Source of the DNA: Fimbriosthenelais zetlandica
Taxonomy: Eukaryota
DNA: 64,000 nucleotides
Assembly: GCA_977030845.1 (NCBI GenBank)
Contig: OZ365114.1
Span: 15,190,001-15,254,000 of the forward strand
Reading direction: 5' to 3'
Every line of letters begins with the position of its first letter. The first letter of the stretch is position 1. The notes under the pieces are model-generated. The model was not told the origin of the DNA. It searched no databases and was given only the letters and a program-made list of their open reading frames with translations. Position numbers and translations under genes: made by a program. This document shows positions 33,401-42,540 of the stretch, piece by piece.

Positions 33401-36400
33401 CATGAGTGGTCCTTTATGCTGGTCAAGCATCTGAATCCACAGTCTTGCATTCAGAGAATATCAGAGACTTTTGAACGTTCTATTTAGGAAAGTTATTGGG
33501 GAAGTTAAGGACATAATTGGACATAATTGCATTGCATTATTAATATATTCACACTACCTTGAGGGCATCATATGCTTCTGAGACACTCAGTTCCTTCCCC
33601 TGTAAGAGACAATTATCAAAGTTGAATACAACATTTAAGGATGTCGATGTACATATCCATGGATGAATTGCCACACAATTTAATGGGTGACTAACGACAA
33701 AGATGCTTCTCACAAATGGGTTGTGTACACATAACAAACTAAGAGGCAAGTGGAAATAAAATGTGATCTAGACAGCTACAGACATGGACAAGGTGTAATG
33801 TTTCACTATTTGCCTTGTCACCACACCAGCCTGCATACATGAACATGCTCCGGATCCAGAGGATGGGAGGGGTTTTGGGAGGAAAATTCCATAAACAAAC
33901 ATGCAAGGAATCCCTCTACCAAATCTATCAAGCTTTGGCTTTGGAAGTGGATTATATCAATACTGGGGACATGACTGGCTTAAAAATTGTCCCCGTTCGC
34001 CCGCTAAAAGCCAGCTCTCACTTAGTCTAGTTCAAATGATATGGATCCAATATTTTGTTTGTTCTCTACTTATATCAGGAAGCATCAAATGTGCATTATG
34101 CTTTTGAGAGATACGACGAAATGTAATTCAATGGAGAATATACCAGACTGCATTCTGATTTAATTTGATATTTAATTCAATATACCTCATAGCGTAAGTT
34201 AGAGCATAGTAGCATAACTTTTATACAATAACTTAGAACTATGAATTTAGTTATGCATTATGTATACTTATACCCAGTAATCTAATTTGAAGTGACTTTT
34301 AGAAGCAAGGACACTGCCAAGAAACAGTTTAAAGGAGTTTTTTGCAAGCCATGCCTCGATGGTGAGATTGGCTTGGAAGAACAAAAGTCTGCTGATTCTT
34401 AATTGTAGGACTTTTAAAGGGTGCATATTCTGATGACGTAGACAGCAATATCTGTCTACGTCACCCATATGCTCATACCTTTGGATCATCAGAGAGTTTT
34501 TGGATTTCCCCGCTGTAGTTCTGCACAAGTTTGACTCGATGTTTTTGGGCAGACAAAGCATCGTCCACCGACCTCAGGTTCTCTCCGTACGGTGCTGTTT
34601 CGTGAATCGTCTGACACAGGCACAAGTAATAGTAAGCACATAAGCCAAGGTGGAAAGGAAATTAAATAATGCAGATGGGAAAAATGATGTGTACATATAA
34701 TATGTAGTCTATGGGTGGAATGTCGTCTGTTAATTCATAAATCTGCGTTGTGAGGTTGGATTCTGGGTTGTTATTTGCGTTTTGTTAAGATATATTATCT
34801 CTCATGCAGCTATTTTGGGTCCCCTTATTCCTTTTCTCTACTAAGATATCTTGCGGAAATTTGCTTTTAGTACTGAGATTCATCTAGTTTATTTGAAACG
34901 ATGTGTTTTCGATAATGTAATGTGTTCATAATTAAAATAACGTTTCTAACCAAGAATAATTCTGCATTTTGATATGACATCGATAAGGCTTTTGATTGAT
35001 ATATAGCTTTAGGAATACTTAATCATGGGGATACCACAACCGAAGCACACAAAAGCAAAACACATATTTCACTGTTATAATAATAAGTGAACAAAGCACT
35101 GTGTTTAGTTATTGTCATTGTGAGTCTCACCCCATGCATCACAACATCCAACATTTTATATCAACAAAACAAGAAAAGCTACAAGTGTAATCTTTGAAAT
35201 AACTGTATTGAATGAGTCCTGTTTGGTCAAAATAATTATGACCACAACAAAACTCGTGGTCATACCTTTTCATAAAAGTATTTCCTAGAAGCTTGGAGCT
35301 ACACCTACACTCTGTTAGAATGTCTGTGGTTTAGAGTAGGGTGGAAATGAAGTGGTTTTGGTTTTCCTGTATAGTACAATGATCCCCAGGATATATGAGA
35401 ATAGCAAGCGGAAAGTATAGATCGAGGCTGCTTAAATTTGTTCTTTCAAATAAGGATGTGGGTACATACTTGTACTCTGAATAGATTTAGGCCTTTTAGA
35501 GTCTAATTTATAACCGATTTCGCAGAATGTATTAATTGTGAATTCCTGGTTCATGTCTAGGGCACTTGCTAGGTGAATTTCAGATTGCATTTTGTCGACA
35601 AACTATTTTTTTCACTTGCATTGCTAGCATGTTGGGAGGTCCCTTCATATATGCTAATGCATCAGTTTATTGTCGGATAAATATCCATAATAAATATATA
35701 TAATAAGGGGTTCAAATCTACATGCACAAATATAACAGAGAATACAAAAAATGACTCCCCCATATATAACCAATAGAGGAGTGGGGTGTAATTTGAACAG
35801 CCTGGCTCGTTGACCCCTCACCAGACTGAGGTCTGAGGTCAAGTCATAACAGAGAGGGATCTGTCATGTAGGGAGAGTGGAGCAGTGGATGGCATCAAAT
35901 CACGTACTCATTACCATAGTAATGACCACCATTATTATATAGGATCATCATTGTTTGATATAGGTTTACAATGGCCCCAATGCCCCGCATCCAAATAGGT
36001 GCTGGAAGTGTGGGGAGTTGGCTGACTGAGATATATTACCTCACACATATATATGGGATATTATCCTTTCAACATTAATGTTGGTGAATGTTTTGATTAT
36101 AAACGAATTTTGGAGAATTTTTGACAATTAAAATCTCAGTTTTCCAAAACTGGGTGAAATATTTCAGTGATTTTCTACGTCTTGAACCCTTTTAAATAAA
36201 ACCTTTCATTTAAATTTTCCACATAGGTACGCGTAGGAATGTGTATGTATACCTTGACATTCTTATACCTTTGATATGGTTCAGAAACCTAATATATTAA
36301 GCCAACGTTTCTATTACCGACATTTGAGTCAATATCGCTGTCTTTGCCTTGCTGGTTTTCATCAGATGGTTTGACAAATAGAAACATAACTCACGACATC

Positions 36401-37183
36401 TTGTTCTATCGGTATGATCATTTTAGGTCATGGAAATATGATCGCGGGTCCCATATACCCCCGGGCAGAGAAAACAAGGTCATATTTATATTCTTATGTC
36501 AGGTAAAAGATGGCCAACCGAGAGCTCCTTTCTTGGGGGACTAGACAGGACTTAATAATTCTAAAGATAGTATTTTAGTATTGTCAATTAGCATTATTTT
36601 TTTAGACGACAATTAACATTATAAATTAATTGTTTTAGGATGCCAAGCTAGTATCCCAGACTATTGACATAAAACATTTTGTATTAGTAACTTTATACAG
36701 GTTTTTATACAACTTCCTCAGGTTGATTTATAACAATACATTGACACATTTTTTTCCACTTTGTTAGAGCAAAGAATTCCGATGGCCCTCAAGATAACTT
36801 GACACCGGAAATAATTTTCCGTATTACAATAAAGCGGATGAATTACTTTTGCCTGCTTGCTTTTTGGGCCGATCTGTTTTGTATAAAATTTGATAAAAAC
36901 CCAAATAATATATTCGAAAGAAAACAGATTGATCATTGACTCCCAGCATCATTCACACCCATAGCTGATACCACTTTTTCCTGATTTATCACTATTTTAT
37001 CACTGTTTTATGCATTTTGAACGATTTATTGTTCTTTCATTCTGATGTATGCTGATTTCTGATTCATTCAATTGTATGCTATATCACACCAGTTGTAGAA
37101 CTCCTTTCATTCCTGCCACTGACCTGTTCGTCGGCGATCCATCGCATTGTATTATGAGCCTCCTCCTTCCCCGCCATCCTACT
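19652..37183 (-). CDS. Plakin-family cytolinker with plakin domain/SH3, Ser/Thr/Gly linker, plectin-type repeats and a predicted KASH-bearing terminal exon (about 1,700 aa from the first confident exon; N-terminus upstream and uncertain)
   Basis: 18 phase-consistent core exons (listed individually). Plakin motifs: W..EQ...YGENLRSVD, NWCWISKLVKC..HLK...YHQFF, PV.ALCDYK SH3 entry. VIDP...DAV..GII...G.YVN..TGE...I..AM..GFIK repeats. C-terminal TM + PPPT. The last join needs a GC donor. Confidence 0.8.
22963..23580 (-). CDS. Exon with two plectin-type repeat units; ends at the stop at 22963 (short isoform) or the GC donor after 22971 (KASH isoform)
   Basis: tttgcag|VEFTTTKK...AVVDAKTERRLTVDEAIAAGILDQTNGTYLN...VVDQKAKKTVSFSQAIRKGLLDKETGAYYHNITGE...AAAAEAGK*. 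Confidence 0.92.
   Translation of the reverse strand, partial: VEFTTTKKTAEKRRDVGLITIRTQRESRPYTVKAVVDAKTERRLTVDEAIAAGILDQTNGTYLNSMDNDTMSLADAIDSNLLLVEYDKDAEVGEPEIVSKTYAIHSVVDQKAKKTVSFSQAIRKGLLDKETGAYYHNITGEYTYVGDAIKRGFIKATVVKDPNTLDIDPENKLVVEQLQNIRKKLLNPMKALATLRKAAAAEAGK
23828..23976 (-). CDS. Plectin-type repeat exon (GVIDPSNQQEITMQDAVLKGIINSASGTYVNTVTGEQWPIPVAMNAGFIK)
   Basis: gaacag| ... AAG|gtattt; 149 nt, phase 1 to 0. Confidence 0.92.
25330..25407 (-). CDS. Candidate cassette exon (EQCESSGAAAVLMGEREETRKFVIT-G)
   Basis: 78 nt, symmetric phase 1; donor ACAG|gtagtg; weak aag acceptor; C-terminal motif parallels exons at 27658 and 25817. Confidence 0.5.
25817..25885 (-). CDS. Candidate cassette exon (EISPTESIIVEEKEESQTFIIT-G)
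   Basis: ccatcag| ... ACAG|gtatca; 69 nt, symmetric phase 1; ends in EExQTFIIT motif. Confidence 0.65.
27048..27282. mobile_element. Degenerate inverted-repeat (MITE/foldback-like) element in a plakin intron
   Basis: aaataaatgctct...aacgcccgatatt (27051-27094) versus aatattgggcg...agagcatttt (27240-27282), imperfect reverse complements. Confidence 0.35.
27658..27805 (-). CDS. Linker exon (VITSAQSMSLGASRDEVEG...QEERKTFVIT-G)
   Basis: ttttgtag| ... G|gtaggt; 148 nt, phase 0 to 1. Confidence 0.88.
29257..30235 (-). CDS. Large exon: end of the helical region plus about 300 aa Thr/Ser/Gly-rich low-complexity linker (3' boundary uncertain; frame runs to TAG at 29227)
   Basis: actcgcag|A CGC TGG (RWHTGFGFNEEDQDEFLEWLKRWMMTRTTT...); in-frame phase-0 donors GAG|gtactt (29257) or GAG|gtaact (about 29329). 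Confidence 0.85.
30372..30493 (-). CDS. Plakin-gene exon (DFWTFWDTFRIMCEACRSPEFLLIVERWQQLKYLDMDELR)
   Basis: catcag| ... AG|gttggt; 122 nt, phase 0 to 2. Confidence 0.88.
30624..30691 (-). CDS. Plakin-gene exon (DAEFTNDLVAKFGTVEELLKRYK)
   Basis: cttgcag| ... AAG|gtgggt; 68 nt, phase 1 to 0. Confidence 0.88.
30804..30981 (-). CDS. Plakin-gene exon (VKKLKAIPADKKNDIRRCL...DQNGNPKDY)
   Basis: tttttag| ... G|gtaaga; 178 nt, phase 0 to 1. Confidence 0.88.
31067..31264 (-). CDS. Plakin SH3 end / following repeat (VKNMHNKETNVPSVILVIPGPDPAAID...DWTDDE)
   Basis: cttcag| ... GAG|gtgagc; 198 nt; VPSV...IP.PD is typical of the plakin SH3 exit. Confidence 0.92.
31397..31459 (-). CDS. Plakin SH3 exon (MIVREGEELTLTDNADSQSWQ)
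   Basis: tttttag| ... CAG|gtaaat; 63 nt. Confidence 0.92.
31604..31750 (-). CDS. Plakin exon entering the SH3 (EVLTMFLHW...KVIPVHLR...RPVSALCDYKTKE)
   Basis: atttcag| ... GAG|gtgagt; 147 nt; ALCDYK motif. Confidence 0.94.
31851..31982 (-). CDS. Plakin spectrin-repeat exon (FFHTAAEYDEWMPADL...LLLDLK)
   Basis: atttcag| ... AAA|gttagt; 132 nt. Confidence 0.9.
32165..32260 (-). CDS. Plakin spectrin-repeat exon (NCILAVRANWCWISKLVKCADTHLKHVSDYHQ)
   Basis: gtttcag| ... CAG|gtcagt; 96 nt; resembles the plakin QWSW..QL..C...HLK.N..Y..FF motif. Confidence 0.92.
32399..32515 (-). CDS. Plakin-gene exon (KLTSEFAQKATKLVETEVER...GVAKAAQ)
   Basis: tcttcag| ... CAG|gtatat; 117 nt. Confidence 0.88.
33306..33377 (-). 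CDS. Plakin exon (EVASKRLHCLEDIQQIAGLENLFG)
   Basis: gcttcag| ... GGG|gtgagt; 72 nt. Confidence 0.88.
33558..33599 (-). CDS. Plakin exon (GKELSVSEAYDALK)
   Basis: cttacag| ... AAG|gtagtg; 42 nt. Confidence 0.85.
34479..34610 (-). CDS. Plakin spectrin-repeat exon (TIHETAPYGENLRSVDDALSAQKHRVKLVQNYSGEIQKLSDDPK)
   Basis: gtgtcag| ... AAG|gtatga; 132 nt; resembles the plakin [WY]GxDL.SV motif. Confidence 0.9.
37124..37183 (-). CDS. Plakin exon (SRMAGKEEAHNTMRWIADEQ), most 5' confident exon
   Basis: tttgcag| ... CAG|gtcagt; 60 nt; supplies the spectrin-repeat Trp before the next exon. Confidence 0.8.
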
Positions 37184-40100
37184 CTGCAAAGAATTGAAAC
37201 AACTTTTAAAAAACATGTTATTTATAGGGAGGAGACCGGGACAAATACATAAGTATCAATTACAATTCCTTACAAAAGGGAGGTTGCTAAAGAGGTATTT
37301 CTGAATATTGAAGTACTTCGTAAAGTACCAGTGTTCTTAGGTATATCAAGCTAGTACTTTTCCTGTACGTGTTAAGATATCTTTATTATCATTTTGCATA
37401 TTGCAATTACCTATAGATGGAGTTTGAATTTACATTATAGTTCAATACAAATGTTTAGATATTCCCATAGCTTGCGGCCTGTGTTATTACATGTTGGCTT
37501 TGTTGGTCTGTGAGGCAATCATTTTTCACAATGTATCCTTGTATCGTAGATTCTAAAGATCTCATTCTGACAGCTGTAGGGGCCAGGGAGTCTGAAGAAG
37601 GGCTCAACCAAACCACAAAAGAACCATTCTGATGGGCATGTCTTGAATAGCAAAAAAGATTGTTATTTAAGTTGGAGTGGGTCTACTCTCCTGGTTGAGA
37701 TATTTTGCATATTTATGCTGAATTGAGTGTGTGTGCCATCCTCCACTTTTTATTGCTCATCTCTTTTATTTATGGAAAAAATAATGAACGTTCAGTGTCA
37801 CCATCCATCCTTTTGAATGCCCAAGTGATGAATCAGAATAGAAATGATCTTGAACATTTTCATCACCCATTTCTTCGATTGGGAAGTTAGATTCTGCTGG
37901 ATATATGTGTTGTTTTTAGGAAAATAACATTTTGGAATGCAGTAATTATGGTGCCATATGTTCAAGAAAAGAATATAAACATAACCATTTTGGATTTAAC
38001 TGGTTCTAACTTCTATTCCTGACCAAAGAAACTCAACAGGTCGTTAATTCTGCACTTTTGAAGGCGTATAGTTGAGATGAATCTGTTTTGAGCGGAGTCT
38101 AGACAGAAGGTGCTCCCGAGGAAAAGGGTTAAGTATGCACTAACGTGTCTGGCAGGGAGAGGAGATGCTTTGATCTACTTGATTGCTGATGGGGCTAAAT
38201 CAGTCAGTAGACAGTACCGGTAGATGAATGGACATCTAGAGTACTGTCTACTACTTGATGTAGTATATATGGATGGAGCGATAATAGCTCAACAAATTTC
38301 AATTGTATGCAGCCAACCTTGAGCCCATTTAAGATGACATTTAAGATCTATTTGGCTCCATGTATATTGGAACTTATATAAAAACAGCTGCCAAAAATAT
38401 CATACAGCTGTCATATTAGTGGCTATTTGTGTATAATTCGGATCCTGACTCAGGCATGCATGCATGATAAAATACTATGCAGAGGTCATCCCTGTCCGGA
38501 TAGGGTCCAGTACTCAAAAATAATACATACCGGGTTTAGTGGAGAAGAAATGGATACAGATATGTGTTTAGCAAGTGTTTTGAACGCCGCTTTTCGTAGA
38601 GGCAATGGGTGCAAATGTATTGGCTAGAGAAGGGATATTGATTAGAACGTATATATAACACTATCTATAATTGATACTCTTTGTAATATCTTTTACAGCC
38701 TTGCTGGTAAGCAATTCTTGGTAATATACACCTATCCATGAGGTTATTTCATTCCCATTAATCGAGTAATTAATTCTATTTATTAACTCTGTTCATTATG
38801 AGAAGATATGATCTACCAAAGTATGCTGTAACAAGGGCAGCTCAACAGACGAATCTTACTTAAACCTCTTGAAAATGAGAGGAAGACGGACGCCCTGCCA
38901 AATGAAATGCTAATCGTGATAATCTATCTGTTTTTTGTACATTCTAGCATGCCAGAAATAGTATTTTTGCTAAGGATATTACTGGCTTTTTCTGTCTCCT
39001 ACTAATCCTGACATTATAGTTTGGATCACTTGCCAACTGATACCACTGCCAAATCTGCCGGTGGCATTCGAAATCAAACTTCCATTTCCCACCTCCTGCA
39101 TCTCCTGTAGGTAAACTAAAATAGTTTTTGGCGTACATTCGCCTCTAATCCATTATTTGATTCCATTCTCCCATATAAATGACATGTCATTCAGTGCCTT
39201 GGTATAACATTAATTAACCATTCAACTATGGTTAAAATGGTCTCTGGTGGTACATAGAAAATCCCATTGAATAGGAAGAAGAACTTTTTAATATTGTGGC
39301 CTCGAATGTGAGGTGCATGTTAAGAGATCTAGCATATCATATAAGTAGGTGTTCTATCTGATCCTTCCATGAGTAAAATAACCGGGTGTAGATCTTTTAT
39401 ATCAACACATCACACTCCGATGTACTTATATGTTTGGTATCAGGCAACCAAGGCACGTGTGACATATGTTTGTCAAATGACATTCAGGAACCAGTTCCCA
39501 AGAGTGATAGAAAAACATATAGATTCATCACTCAAGGGGCGTCCGCCAAGGGCAAGGATGTTTTTAATACTATTGGTGAAAGACTGTTTAGTGGGTAAAT
39601 ATATAAGCCTACATTCCAGCCTTACTTTCACTCTAAGTAGCTTATAAATCCAAGCCATCTACTAGGTTATTTTCAATAAAAAGCTCACCCCAGTGTATTT
39701 TGAATCACTTTTTAAGTTCAATAATACCAACACAGCAAGTCTGAGTGATGCACGAAACCAAGGGTTAATGGAGTCTCTCTATAGTTCCACCTGCAGAGGG
39801 TGTGTCAAAATATTATTGTTGTACCTCACCTAATGGATAAACCTTAAAAAGCCTTGAGAAATCCTGAGATGGAAGTATTCCAAATAAATATACCTGAAGG
39901 CACGTTGAATTCTTAATGATATCACAGTTGTAATGAAAGGATGTAGCTCCTGTACCTGGTCCTGGCACACTGGAGGAGAGACTGCACCGTATAGATTGAA
40001 GGATCGAGAGAGAGTGGTGAGGGTGTAAAGCCTGAATGTGTATTGTATACAGGCTAGATCTATTCTCCACCCCTGCTGGAGTCTGCCTGGAGAAGGTTGT

Positions 40101-42409
40101 TGATGCTAACTCCTCAGTGGCCACTGACAGACTGAGGTAGATGGGAGTGATCTCACAGGGACTATATCCTATCTTATACTCCCGCTATAGTCAGTGGACT
40201 GGTTTGGTGCATGGGTGGAATAATCAATCGAGCTTCTCTATACCACTGCTATACCTAACTCACCCACTCTTTGATCTTTCGCTTCTCTATACCTTATACC
40301 CTCTCATATTATGTATTTTGTCCATATTCACTCACCCACTCCCTCACCTGTACCCTTCCACCCTGCAACCCATTCAACCACTAACTCGTTCAATCCTCTG
40401 TCCCCCTCGAATGATATTGTCTGGATTTCAATATATATATATACTTAGATAAAAGGTTGCTTTGCACAGTACTGGTAAAAATATTTGTTTTGCTCCCGTG
40501 TGGAATCTCTTCAATCTGTTCTTGAACTTATGCCTGGTACTTGAGATAATGGAATTGCAGAGCAAACAGCATATACAGTAAAGTATGGAGTTCCATGTTC
40601 CCGAATTTCTGATCTCTTTCTCACATGATGAATACTATGAAATACATTAAAATACTATGGAATAAATTAAAATCATTAAAAAAGGAGACAAAGCTGGTAC
40701 TAAAAGTTATATCACAGGAGAGGAAAGGACAGTGGTTTTTCCTATGATATTTCTCACTTTTCCACCAGGAGATGACTCGGTGATCCAAATATGCAATGCA
40801 CGTCCGACATCTCAACAAACAAACCTCAGTATTTAACTTAGCAGTTGAGCTTTAGTGATAGACCTATAGTCACAGTCTATACACTGGCAACCTTACACCC
40901 CTATACTCTGTCCGTCCGTGAGCAGCATGCTTAAGAAGCAAGCATGATTTAATGGGAAATAGTCTACCAGATTTAAAGTGGTTTTGCAAGTACCCTCCCA
41001 GATCTTGCAGTGTTAGTACAGGAACAATATACAAATATACATTGATCGACAGGTATAATTTTGTGGATTATAAGTTTCCAATAGTATGCCCAATTAGAAG
41101 AAATACTGCCCTTGTGAAAGGATCCAAACGACCGAGTCTCTGTCCAATTGCAAGAAAATTCGTTTTTGGCTTTAATTCAGGTATTTTTTATTAACTTTCA
41201 AGTCTATAGACTATATAGTTCTATAGATACGTTTTTGAAGTAACATCAATTATAGAATGAACACCGTCCTAAATATTGCGTGTATAGTGCAAATTATACC
41301 AAAAATATCCTATAATAAGAGTACCATCTTCAAAGGAAAACCACTGTACAATCATTATCTATGGAGTGCATGTCACCTTGATCCTGTCTAAAAATCTCCC
41401 TTCAATTATAAATGCCAGTCAGTGAAAGATTTCCATTATGACAGAGGGAGTATATAAGGTAAAAAGAACACTTTTGTCGGCCTACAGCTATTGGAGGAAG
41501 AAAGTAGCTATTCATAGCATAAAAATACATGAGGCTTTGAGAACTCAACATATGCCTGTCGGGCATGATCCCTGGGTAACTTGTGTAGAATGAAGTTCTG
41601 AAATTCATCAGGGATTCACAGCACGATCTAGTACACAGAGATTGGGAAACAAGCAAAGTATTGTCCCTCTATCCTAAAGCATTTGCCAAAGTCTGAGGAC
41701 TTTCCATTCACTGATGCGAGTACTTGAGGGTAAGGTCAGGTATATTCTTAGTCAGAAGCGTCTAGATTTCACTAGTACAAGCAGAATTTGTCCAATTGCA
41801 AAGTTGTTTTTTTCAAATGACAAGTTTTTGAATATGGACGATGCCCATGATGTGGCTGAGAGGTGTAAAAGGGAAAGAACGTATCACAGTATGTTTTAAT
41901 TTATAACTTCTGTTGGAAAAAAATCTTTCTCTAAATTGTTGTATATTCCATTGTTTGAATTAGATTTCTTTTAGGATGGAGTAATAAATACTATAATGTT
42001 ATTACACTAAAAACTTTGGCTTAATTCTCCATGGTCACTGCTCCATGAACACCCATTCATGAGCACCTGCAATTATTTTCTGAGCCTAGAAAAGCAACAG
42101 GACATGTGGCTTGAATTATGAGATTGCACCTGTTGACATCCAAGAAAAAACATGTTTGACGCAAAAAGACTTGTATTACAGTTACAGAGACCCCAGCAAT
42201 GTGCTTGAAAAACATGAAATGTAGGAAGGTAGTGCTTGAGTCATCCACGCTTGCCGTCAGTTTGGTGTGGGAGGAGGTGGGTTTGGGTGAGAGATAATAC
42301 GAAACCTCCTTCCCTGTTTATTCCTGCTGGTCTTTAGCACAATAAACAGCTCAGATGGAAGAGATGGTGGCAGAGGGGATCAGCCCAACCGACTTATGAC
42401 CACTTATAA

Positions 42410-42540
42410 ACAAGGAGGGCGGTGGGCGCGGAGGCGGCCCGGTACCGGCATTTTCAGCCAATCAAAAGCCGGTTGGGGCGGGTCCCAGATTGCTATATTT
42501 CCCGCCAATTTTTTTAATATCGGTAGTATAACCGGGTAGA
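42410..42540. promoter_or_regulatory. GC/CpG-rich promoter-like patch (GC boxes, CCAAT, E2F-like site)
   Basis: gggcgg/ggggcggg boxes, cagCCAATc at 42458-42462 and TTTCCCGCCA at 42498-42507 in an otherwise AT-rich region. Confidence 0.4.
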
